Origin: Candidatus Binatia bacterium
GTDB taxonomy: Bacteria > Desulfobacterota > Binatia > HRBIN30
Direction: 5' to 3'
NCBI GenBank assembly: GCA_038245295.1
Contig: JBBRSP010000045.1
Span: 1-34,757, forward strand
Length of the DNA: 34,757 bases
Made by a program: the position numbers and the translations under genes. The notes below the pieces were generated by a model that searched no databases, was not told the DNA's origin, and worked only from the letters and a program-made list of their open reading frames with translations. Positions 23,776 to 32,569 of this stretch are shown in pieces (position 1 is the first letter of the stretch; every line of letters begins with the position of its first letter).

Positions 23776-24054
23776 ATGAAGACGAAAGCTCTCACGAGCA
23801 TGAACATCTCCATTCCTTCCGCCTTGCGCGAACGGCTTGAGGAGAAACTCGCTCGCCACGCCTACAGCTCTGCGAGCGAATACGTCCGGCAGCTGATCCG
23901 CCAAGACCTCGAGCGCGACGTGCGGGAGAAGGTGGAGGCGCAGCTTCTCGAAGGGGTCGGCTCGAAGGGGCGCATCAAGGTCACGCCGAAATGGTGGGCG
24001 GATAAGGAGGCGATGCTCGGTGCCCCCTCTCGGCGTGCTGCCAAACGCGCGTGA
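23776..24054 (+). CDS. Type II antitoxin, ParD-like ribbon-helix-helix
   Basis: TSMNISIP...YSSASEYVRQLIRQD...LLEG; stop overlaps the toxin start (GTGA). Confidence 0.85.
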   Translation: MKTKALTSMNISIPSALRERLEEKLARHAYSSASEYVRQLIRQDLERDVREKVEAQLLEGVGSKGRIKVTPKWWADKEAMLGAPSRRAAKRA

Positions 24055-24365
24055 AATTCGACCTCATCGTTAGCGCAGCGGCTGACGAGGATATCAACGG
24101 CTACATCTCCTATACGAACGAGCGGAGCCCAAACGCCGCTCGGCGCTTCCTTGCCGCCCTCCGCGTGGCCTTTGATCGGATCCTGTCGATGCCGGAGATT
24201 GGCCACGTTTGGGAAACCGACCGCCAGGATCTCGCAGGTCTCCGGGCCTGGCGGATTGACGACTTCCCCCTGTCGATCTTCTATTTTCCTCATTCGACGG
24301 CCATCGAGGTGATTCGCGTCCTTCATCACTCACGCGACATCAAGGTGATTGTCGAAGACACCTGA
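24051..24365 (+). CDS. Type II toxin, ParE/RelE family
   Basis: AADEDI..YI...SPNAARRFL...MPEIG...LRAWRIDDFPLSIFY...IEVIRVLHHSRDI. Confidence 0.88.
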   Translation: MKFDLIVSAAADEDINGYISYTNERSPNAARRFLAALRVAFDRILSMPEIGHVWETDRQDLAGLRAWRIDDFPLSIFYFPHSTAIEVIRVLHHSRDIKVIVEDT

Positions 24366-24651
24366 TGGCGGTGCGGGCGTCAGGAAAAGATCGTTTGCGA
24401 ACTTCTGCACGGTGAGTTTGCCGAGACACCCACTCACCCCCGCCAACGACGTGAGCCCCGACATCACGGGTGACATTGCTGCAGTCCAGTCCGGAAGGTG
24501 TGTATGCTGGCCCGCCAACGCCTGGGCTGTGCGGCGAAGGGCAATCGCACGGTGGTGAGTTGTCCTTCTTGCGCCGACTTACCCCCGGAGTTTGCTTTGA
24601 CATGAGCCCGTGAGCCGCCGATACATGAGACTCGACGAAGGGGCACATCCG

Positions 24652-25214
24652 ATGGCGAGAACGATCCTGACGATCACGTGCGGCGCGCTGCTTCTGGCTG
24701 GAACGGCGCTGGCGGCACCGACAGCGCAGCAGCACTGCGATTACCAGCGCCTTGTAGCGTTCAGAAAATTCCAGGCGTGTACAAGAGACTACGGTCGCAC
24801 CGCACGCCAAGGGCATTTACTTTGACGAGTTCCAAACGCTGGCAAGATGTCGCCACAAGTACTTCGGCGAATGGACACAGTTTCAGGGCAAGGTGTCATT
24901 GCAAGGCAGCAACTGCATAGGTAGCCGGTTCACCGACAACGGTGATGGAACAGTTACGGATGGTCTGACCGTTCTCGTTTGGGAAAAGAAGATCAACCAC
25001 GACGACGTGGCAAACTACTCGGATCCACATGACGCCGACAACGGGTATTCGTGGGGATTCGAGGGTTCCCAAAATGGCAGCGCATTTAGCGACTCCTGGT
25101 CCGACCCAAGCTGGAGTTCCCTATGCGTACAAAATCGACTTTGGGGATGGAACCAGTCACCCCGCGCAGAAATCAAGCGGAGGACGAAGCCATGCGGTAC
25201 GAGCAGGACTTTGA
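24652..25214 (+). pseudogene. Secreted DUF1566 (Lcl C-terminal-like) protein, frameshifted and internally deleted
   Basis: Signal peptide MARTILTITCGALLLAGTALA; second frame RFTDNGDGTVTDGLTVLVWEKK; third frame AYKIDFGDG..K..SHAVRAGL*; no WRLPT..EL core. Confidence 0.7.
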
Positions 25215-25245
25215 CCTCGGTGGGCATTTACCTAAGGTCTCGCAC

Positions 25246-25305
25246 TGGACGAGTGCACCGCTCAGTGACTGTCGCCGGGCGGAGATGGGTGTCCTTCCTG
25301 CCGCC
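25246..25305 (+). repeat. Right half of the ~115-bp dispersed repeat, copy D
   Basis: TGGACGAGTGCACCGCTCAGTGACTGTCGCCGGGCGGAGATGGGTGTCCTTCCTGCCGCC. Confidence 0.9.
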
Positions 25306-25426
25306 GCTTCGTGGCCTCGCCGCCATCCTCATCGGAGGCGGCGAGGCGGATCATGTGCGCCGGTTGTTTGGGGGACGCGGGTACCGTCTTCGCGATTGTT
25401 GGGAGAATCGCGACAATCGCAACCAC

Positions 25427-25690
25427 GAGCTTGTGAAAAAATCGCCTCCTTCCACGAGAACCATGCTATATACATCGTGACGCGATGGATTGTGGTGGGA
25501 GGTGGCGAGGATGGGGCAGAGCGGAGTCAATTGCAGCTGCGCAGCTTCGATCTCGACTCAACGATTCCAAAAGATCATAGGGCGCGATTACTGTGGCGGG
25601 CGGTCGAGACTTTAGACCTCTCGGCATTCTACGAGCCTATCAAGGCACGAGTTGGCATCGCCGGCCGGCCGTCGGGGGATCCGATATGGC
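25427..25690 (+). mobile_element. IS1182-family remnant: probable left end plus N-terminal transposase fragment
   Basis: ERSQLQLRSFDLDSTIPKDHRARLLWRAVETLDLSAFYEPIKARVGIAGRPSGDP matches IS1182 N-termini; upstream GAGCTTGTGAAAAAA resembles a terminal inverted repeat. Confidence 0.7.
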
Positions 25691-26082
25691 TCAGCGCCAG
25701 GGCGGGGCGACGAGCGAAACTGACGCGCGCATCGCGCGGCACAAGCAAGCTAGACCAGCCGGCGCCGCCGTTGCCGACACACGGAGTGAGGCTTCGAAGA
25801 CGCGCTCAGCCTCGCACCCGGGCAAGGGATGACGATTGGCTCGCGGCATTCGCGCTCATTCCGTAGAGCCTCACTTTCGCGGCGAGAAATACGGCTCTAA
25901 GGCTGAAAACCGCCCTGGAATTTTCCGAATGCCCAACATCATCCGGCACATCGCTTGGTCCGATCCCGCCAAATCCTCGCGAGAATCGCCCGAATCGCCC
26001 GTAGGTCGCTTTTGCCGCCCCGCACTCGTGTGTCGGCGCTTGACTCTCCCCGTGCCCCTGGAGGAGCCTCAGCCGAGGGCAA

Positions 26083-28236
26083 ATGAAAATCTGTTTCCGC
26101 TTGTGCTTGGCGCTGACATTCCTGCTGGTCGCGCACGGTGGCGCCGCCGCCGCGATCACGGAGGTAGCGCTGCCGACCGCGGCGGCGGATCCGCAGTCAA
26201 TCACCGTCGGACCTGACGGAGCCTTATGGTTCACGGAATACCGTGGCAACCGCATCGGGCGCATCAGTACCGCAGCACCACACATCGTCACCGAGATAGA
26301 GCTTCCGCAGCCGGCGCACTTCCCCTCCCGCATTACATCGGGGCAAGACGGCAGGCTTTGGTTCACTGAGCTCAAGCCGCGCGCCATCGCCAGCCTCGAT
26401 CCGAATAACCCGGCGGTCATCGACGAGATCGACCACGATCCGAACGATTGGCCCAGCGCCATCCTTGGCTTGCCCGATGGCAGCATCTGGTACGCCGATG
26501 AATTGCGCCCCCAGTTGACCCGGATCGACGGCAGCAACCACGATTCGATCACGACAATCCCGATCAGTACGCGAGCCAGTCGACTGATCCTCGGGCCGAG
26601 CGGCGACCTTTGGTACGCCGGAGTCAACCTCCTCGGACGAGTCGCAACCACCCCGCCCTATGCGGAGAGCGACGTGCGACTGACCGCACGCAATGGCAGC
26701 ACCGCCCTTGCGGCCGCCTCCGACGGCACCATGTGGGCCACCGGCTTCTCCTTCGGTAACTCCGGCCTAACGCGCTTGTCGGGTAGCGGCTTCATCGACG
26801 TCGATCGCATGGCTCTGCCGTTCTGGCTGTATTCCGTCGGCATCGTTCGCGGCAGCGACGACAATCTGTGGATTGCCGATGGGCGGGGGAATCTGATGCG
26901 CGTCTCAACTCAACCCCCTTACGCCAAAACGATCTTTCCTCTGGCGCGCGCGAGTCTACCGACCGACATCGTCAGTGGCCCCGACGGCAACCTGTGGGTC
27001 ACCCAAAGCGGCACCAACAGCATCGCCATCATCACTCCCGACACACCTGCCCCGCAGCCGGCGACGGTTGTGGTGAACAGTACGCGCGACACCCAGCTTG
27101 CGGCAGACGACGAGTGCACGCTGCGTGAAGCGATCGCCAATATCGATGCACCCGGAGACGTGAGTGGTGGCGACTGCGCCGCGGCCGCGGGCATCGATGA
27201 TACAATCACCTTCCACCTGCCATCCTATCCGGCCGTCGTGCGCTTGCGCGCTTCACTCTTGATCGATCGCCGCTTCACGATCCGTGGGCCATTCCCGGGG
27301 ACACCGCAGTCGCTGCGGATCGATGGCTTTGGGCGCAATCGCATTCTGCGAATCTATGATGGGGAGATTGAGACGCACGACGTGACCTTTCAGCACGGCA
27401 CCTTCTACGCCCCGTTCGACCTCAACCACGCCGGCGGTGGCGCGGTGAGCGTGCATGGCGAGGCACGCTTCTTCCACACCGACTTCGTTTGCAACCACAA
27501 CTCATTTGGCGGGGCGATCTATGCCGACGAGGAAAGCCGGCTACAGTTCGCCGATTGCCGCCTTGTGCGGAACAAGTCTACGATCGGCCCGGTAATCTGG
27601 AGCGATGGCCCGGTGACGATGGATCGATGCACCATGCAAAATAATGTCGGAGGCGGCGTCAAGGCGGTCACGCTCACGGTCACAAACAGCACTTTCGCAG
27701 CGAACCGCAACGGCTCTGCGATCGTTGCCGCAACGCTCCTTCTCAGCAACTCAACCTTCGATCGCAATCGCGGCGCCGCCCCTGTGGTTCAGGCAAGCGA
27801 GGGCACCGTGACGAGCTCGACGTTCACCAACAATTTTGGTGATTTGCTCAGCTCCCGCGGCAGTTCGCTGCAGATCGGCAACAGCATCATGACCCGCTGC
27901 TTTCGCAGCAGTTGCCGCTCGTCCGGCTGCCCTTCTATCGCCTCGGCCGGCCACAACCTGAGCGATAACAGTTGCGTGATGGCGGCCCCAGGCGACCTCG
28001 TCGCAACCGATCCCGGGCTGACGCGCCTCGCCGCCTTCGGCGGCCCAACGCGCACGCGCGCCCTATGCACTGGCGCGGGCGAGCCCCGCGCCGCCTGTAC
28101 ATCTCGCAGCCCAGCCATCGACGCCGGCGACGACACGGTCCTCGATCCGCCGCTCGCCCTTTCGCACGATCAACGCGGCGAGCTGCGGCGCGTCGGAGCG
28201 CACGTCGACATCGGCGCCACCGAATCCGCCCCGTGA
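26083..28236 (+). CDS. Secreted protein: Vgb-lyase-like beta-propeller, CSLREA domain, beta-helix and choice-of-anchor-Q-like C-terminus
   Basis: Signal peptide; repeated ITVGPDGALWFTE/IVSGPDGNLWVT; VVNSTRD..CTLREAI; DPGL..LAAFGGPT..SPAIDAGD..DQRG..DIGATE. Confidence 0.85.
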   Translation: MKICFRLCLALTFLLVAHGGAAAAITEVALPTAAADPQSITVGPDGALWFTEYRGNRIGRISTAAPHIVTEIELPQPAHFPSRITSGQDGRLWFTELKPRAIASLDPNNPAVIDEIDHDPNDWPSAILGLPDGSIWYADELRPQLTRIDGSNHDSITTIPISTRASRLILGPSGDLWYAGVNLLGRVATTPPYAESDVRLTARNGSTALAAASDGTMWATGFSFGNSGLTRLSGSGFIDVDRMALPFWLYSVGIVRGSDDNLWIADGRGNLMRVSTQPPYAKTIFPLARASLPTDIVSGPDGNLWVTQSGTNSIAIITPDTPAPQPATVVVNSTRDTQLAADDECTLREAIANIDAPGDVSGGDCAAAAGIDDTITFHLPSYPAVVRLRASLLIDRRFTIRGPFPGTPQSLRIDGFGRNRILRIYDGEIETHDVTFQHGTFYAPFDLNHAGGGAVSVHGEARFFHTDFVCNHNSFGGAIYADEESRLQFADCRLVRNKSTIGPVIWSDGPVTMDRCTMQNNVGGGVKAVTLTVTNSTFAANRNGSAIVAATLLLSNSTFDRNRGAAPVVQASEGTVTSSTFTNNFGDLLSSRGSSLQIGNSIMTRCFRSSCRSSGCPSIASAGHNLSDNSCVMAAPGDLVATDPGLTRLAAFGGPTRTRALCTGAGEPRAACTSRSPAIDAGDDTVLDPPLALSHDQRGELRRVGAHVDIGATESAP

Positions 28237-28469
28237 GCCCGACCGCGGACACTGTATGTGGACACCTATCCCTCAACGGAAGACCAGTTGCCGCACGACC
28301 CAGCGGTTACGTAGAGATTGGCGGCTTTACGGCGCAATCGGAATCCTGCGCCGGTCCGTGTCCCCGACGGCGGACTAGAAGCCCCCGAGCCGCTTTCGCA
28401 GATCCTAGAGAGGCTAAGCGGGATCGGTAGAATAGGCCAACTCTTGCTCGGAGCTGTGTGGGCGGAGCG

Positions 28470-28584
28470 CTTGTTGGACACGCACCCACAACACTCGGCG
28501 ATTGTGCCGTGAGATCAGCGCCTTGGATGAACGCACCGTTCAGCGATTGTCGCCGGGGCGGAGATGGGTGTCCTTCTTGCCGCC
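28470..28584 (+). repeat. ~115-bp dispersed hairpin repeat, copy B
   Basis: CTTGTTGGACACGCACCCACAACACTCGGCGATTGTG...GGAGATGGGTGTCCTTCTTGCCGCC. Confidence 0.95.
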
Positions 28585-28605
28585 GGACCCCTATCGCCGC
28601 GGGTT

Positions 28606-29091
28606 CTATTGCCGCCGAGTACACGAAGCGTCGTCGAAGCAACTCGCATCGCCGCAGTCGCAGACAGACACCTGATGGCTGGCGTCCGGCGCACAACCGC
28701 ATGCGCCGATCAGGCAGGTGTTCGGGAAATCGCTGGCGCTGGCGCAGCACAAGGCTGATGTCACCGTGCCGCCCGAATCACGGCAACGCTGATCGGCGGA
28801 CTGCTGTCGATGCGGAACATGCGGTGGGTGCGGAACATGCGGCGCGCGTGGCAAATGAGAGTGGTCGGGAACGCAGGCGCAACGTTCAGGAGACCAGTGG
28901 AAACCGCGGATGCACAAACCGGTCTCGACGCATGATACCGGGGTTGGGGTCGCTGTCGGTGTCGGACACCCGACACTACTGCACGCGGGCGTTGTTGGCC
29001 GAGCATTCGCAGCGCCAAGGTTGACATGGACGAGGACCAAGGAAAGTGTGACGACCGCGCAAAAAAACCGAGCGATACAACCCTGCTGCAT
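28606..29091 (-). CDS. Small secreted Cys-rich protein with PT linker and PHVPH repeats
   Basis: Signal peptide ending ANA; GAGGGGAG RBS; C-terminal C..SGGTV..LCC....DFPNTCLIGACGC.P..SH...CDC...CF. Confidence 0.7.
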   Translation of the reverse strand: MQQGCIARFFCAVVTLSLVLVHVNLGAANARPTTPACSSVGCPTPTATPTPVSCVETGLCIRGFHWSPERCACVPDHSHLPRAPHVPHPPHVPHRQQSADQRCRDSGGTVTSALCCASASDFPNTCLIGACGCAPDASHQVSVCDCGDASCFDDASCTRRQ

Positions 29092-29682
29092 GGCATTCTC
29101 CCTCTGGCCCCGGTGAGCCGCTCACGGCGCATAACTTCAATCGATGCGAAGGATGAGCCGGGCAAGCGCGTCGCGTCAACCAGGAATGAACTGATGGTTG
29201 TGGGTCGCCGAGACGGTGCGACCCCCGAACCGTAGTCCCACGCGCGTAGTACTCCGGGCTTACAGCGTCGCAAGACACCTAGTAGAAGTTCTGAACACGC
29301 ACCAATCGTTAGATCAGTGTCAACTATCGCACGAAGAGACCATGTGGGTGTGGGTTGTCGACTCTGCCCCACGACGAAAGCGAGCGACCCGAACACCAGA
29401 ACGAACCGGTTGAATTCTAGCCCAGAGCAGCCCTTCCCCGTTGACGCCGCCCAAGCGTCTGAATACGCTTCCAGTGCTGCACCGACGTGGTGACTGGGTC
29501 TCCTCCAGTTCCAAACACAAACAGGCATGCCCTCTAGTTAGGGCATGTTGGGTGCCCCTTCAGCCTGACCCGTGAGACTGAAGGTTGCTGACAAGCAGCC
29601 CCGGAAAGCGGGGCCGGAGCGCTTGTGGGCCTGTGCCTGCGCCGGGGGCGTCGGCAAATTCATTCGATCAAGGAGATAGACA

Positions 29683-32508
29683 ATGAGGCGGCAAGGCATA
29701 CTAGCACTCGCGGCGAGCTTTCTAGCGCTGTGGGTCACAACGTCCAATGCGGCGACAACCTGGAGTGTTCCGGGTAACAACTCGAACGTCTGCACCGTGG
29801 TAAACCCGAACTGCAACACCATCGCCCAGGCGGTGACCGCCGCCACTAGCGGCGACACGATCAACATCGGCGCCGGCAACTTCCCGGCGCCTGCCGCGAT
29901 CGTCCTCACGAAGACGCTCACCATTGCGGGCGCGGGCATCGGTGCGACTTTCGTGCAGCCGACCAGCGCCGGTTTCTCGGTGCGTACCAACGACATCGTG
30001 ATCCGCGACCTCGCGATGCAGAACGGCACCGTCGGCATCGCTTTCCAAAGCGCCTCCAGCAACAACACGCAGATCACGCGGGTGGCTTTCAGTGGTCAGA
30101 CGTCGCGCGGCATCGACATGCAGCTTGCGGCCACGTTCCTGGTCAGCAATGTGGTGATCACCGATTGCCAGTTCGCCACGACGAACATCGGCCTCCGCAC
30201 CTCGTCCACCACTCAGGTGGCGGGGCTCACCATCACCGGAACCAGCTTTACCGGAAATCCCTACGGCATCTACGTAGCGAACGACGGCAACAGCTCGAAA
30301 TTCTCGGGTCTGACGATCCAGAACTCGACGTTCACCAACAACACCAACTACTCGATTTATGCCGAGGAGATGCGCGACTGCTTGATCGAGGACTCGACCT
30401 TCACCGGCGGCTCAACTGGCATCGGGCTGTTCAAGTTCTACAGCAGCAACGCGACAGCGATGTCTAACATCACCATCCGCCGCGACCAGTTCTCACAACA
30501 CCGCGGTACGGCGCTCGACATCGAGATGTTCGCGATGGCCTTGCAGACCCCGATCGACATCTCCGCCAACACGTTTGCTACCGACGTCAGCGTCATCACC
30601 TCGAACGCCTCGGCAATCTTCACGTTACTAAGTAGCAGCTTCACCACGCACGCGGCGATCAACATCACCAACAACACGTTCACCGCAACGGGAGCCTTCG
30701 CCAGCGCTACCGCCACACACGGTATCCGCATGCGCGGCAACGGACCACTGGTCATCACCGGAAACTCCTTCGACGGCGGCAACGTCGGCGGCAGCGGTAC
30801 GACCCCCGACAGCAGCGCTCTGTGGATCGAGTCGAACCCCGGAGCGATGGCTGCAACTGCTACGTTCACCGCCTCTTGCAACCGCATCGGCGGCTTCGAG
30901 AACGGCGTCAGCGTTTTCAACTCGACAGCCGGCACGTATGGTGGGCTGCCGTCTTCTGTCGCGGTTACGCTGACCACCAACAACATCGTCGGCAACAGCA
31001 TTGTCGGCGTGATCAACGGCGCCGCGCCGCCAACCGTGAGCGCGATGAACAACTGGTGGGGTTGCCTTGCCGGCCCAGGCAATGCCGGCTGCGATACGAT
31101 CAGCGGCGGTGTTGACGCCAGCAACTTCGCGACGACGCCATCGACCTGTGCCCCCTGTGTCAGCAACTCGCAATGCGAAGACTTCAACCCTTGTAGCGTC
31201 GATATTTGCTCAATGACCTGCTCGAACAGCGCGGGCAACTCCGGCACCACCTGCCGTGCCGCCGTCGCTGTCTGTGACCAGCTCGAGACCTGTGACGGCT
31301 CCAGCATCACCTGCCCGGCGGACGCATTCCAAGCCAGCAGCGTCGTTTGCCGCCCCTCGGCGGGCGTCTGCGACCCAGGCGAGAACTGCACCGGGTCAGC
31401 CGCAGCATGCCCACCCGACGCCAAGAGTAGCGTTGTTTGCCGAGCCGCGGCTGGCGTTTGCGACATCGCCGAGAGCTGTGACGGGGTTGGCAATGCCTGC
31501 CCGGTCGACGCCAAGAGCTCTGCCGTTTGCCGGCCCGCTGCCGGCGTTTGCGACGTCAGTGAGAGTTGCAACGGGGTTGGCGATGCCTGTCCGGTCGACG
31601 CCAAGAGCTCTGCCGTTTGCCGGCCCGCCGCCGACGTTTGCGACGTCAGTGAGAGTTGCAACGGAGTAGCGGACAATTGCCCCGCCGATGCCTTCCGGTC
31701 GAGTGTACAGGTGTGCCGTGCAGCAGCCGGGAGCTGCGATGTCGCCGAGAATTGTACGGGGGCGGGTGCCGCATGCCCGGCCGACACCTTCCAGCCAAGC
31801 ACTTCGGTCTGCCGTGCCAGCGCCGGAACCTGCGATGTGGCCGAGAGCTGCACGGGCTCCAGCGCCCCTTGCCCAAGCGATGCCTTCCAGGCGTCGACCG
31901 TCGTCTGTCGCGCCGTCGCCAGCAACTGCGACGTCGCTGAGAGCTGCACCGGCTCACAAGCGGCTTGCCCCATCGACACTTTGCAACCGGACGGCTCGAT
32001 CTGCAACGCCGGCAACTTCTGCTCCGCCGGAGTCTGCCAGGCGCCTAACTCGTTGGTACTGAGCCGCGCCAGTCTTTACGTCAACGCTCGCGCTAACCGG
32101 GCCAACGGCCGCGCTACTGCACGATCGCTGGTAAACGACAATGACACGGGTGGAACGCTGGAAACGCAACTGCTCGCCGGTACGGTGACGCTGCGGATCC
32201 AGGATGCCGGCACCTTTACCGTCACCCGTACTTTCAGTAACTGCACCAAATCGAGGACTCGCATCCGCTGCCAAAGCGCCGACCGCAAAACCAACGCCGC
32301 CTTCGCTTCCCGCCCCGGCCCGTACATCTACCAGATGCGCGTTCGGTTCAGTGGACTCGGGAGCCTCGAAACCGGGGGCACGCGTCCGACCGGCCCGGTC
32401 ACGGTCACAATGGATCAAGGAGGCCTGGCAACCCGCGACGACGTAATCGGCAACATCGTCCCGTGTTGGTCGCACTGGCCGACGCGACTCACCTGCCGCG
32501 AAGACTAA
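29683..32508 (+). CDS. Large secreted protein: parallel beta-helix, 8 disintegrin-like Cys repeats and a basic C-terminal domain
   Basis: AAGGAG RBS, signal peptide, CNTIAQAVTAATSGDTINIGAG, T/S/N-rich beta-helix, NNWWG, repeats CRxxxxxCDxxExCxGxxxxCPxD. Confidence 0.9.
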   Translation: MRRQGILALAASFLALWVTTSNAATTWSVPGNNSNVCTVVNPNCNTIAQAVTAATSGDTINIGAGNFPAPAAIVLTKTLTIAGAGIGATFVQPTSAGFSVRTNDIVIRDLAMQNGTVGIAFQSASSNNTQITRVAFSGQTSRGIDMQLAATFLVSNVVITDCQFATTNIGLRTSSTTQVAGLTITGTSFTGNPYGIYVANDGNSSKFSGLTIQNSTFTNNTNYSIYAEEMRDCLIEDSTFTGGSTGIGLFKFYSSNATAMSNITIRRDQFSQHRGTALDIEMFAMALQTPIDISANTFATDVSVITSNASAIFTLLSSSFTTHAAINITNNTFTATGAFASATATHGIRMRGNGPLVITGNSFDGGNVGGSGTTPDSSALWIESNPGAMAATATFTASCNRIGGFENGVSVFNSTAGTYGGLPSSVAVTLTTNNIVGNSIVGVINGAAPPTVSAMNNWWGCLAGPGNAGCDTISGGVDASNFATTPSTCAPCVSNSQCEDFNPCSVDICSMTCSNSAGNSGTTCRAAVAVCDQLETCDGSSITCPADAFQASSVVCRPSAGVCDPGENCTGSAAACPPDAKSSVVCRAAAGVCDIAESCDGVGNACPVDAKSSAVCRPAAGVCDVSESCNGVGDACPVDAKSSAVCRPAADVCDVSESCNGVADNCPADAFRSSVQVCRAAAGSCDVAENCTGAGAACPADTFQPSTSVCRASAGTCDVAESCTGSSAPCPSDAFQASTVVCRAVASNCDVAESCTGSQAACPIDTLQPDGSICNAGNFCSAGVCQAPNSLVLSRASLYVNARANRANGRATARSLVNDNDTGGTLETQLLAGTVTLRIQDAGTFTVTRTFSNCTKSRTRIRCQSADRKTNAAFASRPGPYIYQMRVRFSGLGSLETGGTRPTGPVTVTMDQGGLATRDDVIGNIVPCWSHWPTRLTCRED

Positions 32509-32514
32509 TCTGCT

Positions 32515-32554
32515 CCCTCCTCTTGCCCGGCCTCGGCCGGGCAAGGAGGAGGGG
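32515..32554. repeat. GC-rich hairpin after the 29683-32508 stop (terminator-like or REP-like)
   Basis: CCCTCCTC-TTGCCCGGCC-tc-GGCCGGGCAA-GGAGGAGGGG; no U-tract. Confidence 0.6.
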
Positions 32555-32569
32555 CGCTTGTTGGAGGCG

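Noticed and set aside
24597..24627. Promoter TTGACA upstream of the DUF1566 gene
   Set aside because: No convincing -10 at 16-18 nt spacing.
24652..25305. Complete DGR
   Set aside because: No reverse transcriptase and no template/variable repeat pair with adenine-specific differences in the window.
25123..25866. 247-aa ORF as an intact gene
   Set aside because: Chimeric reading through the DUF1566 tail, half repeat and IS fragment; only about 55 codons look like protein.
30438..32015. 525-aa antisense ORF with repeats
   Set aside because: Mirror of the Cys-repeat coding strand; its repeats are explained by the plus-strand gene.
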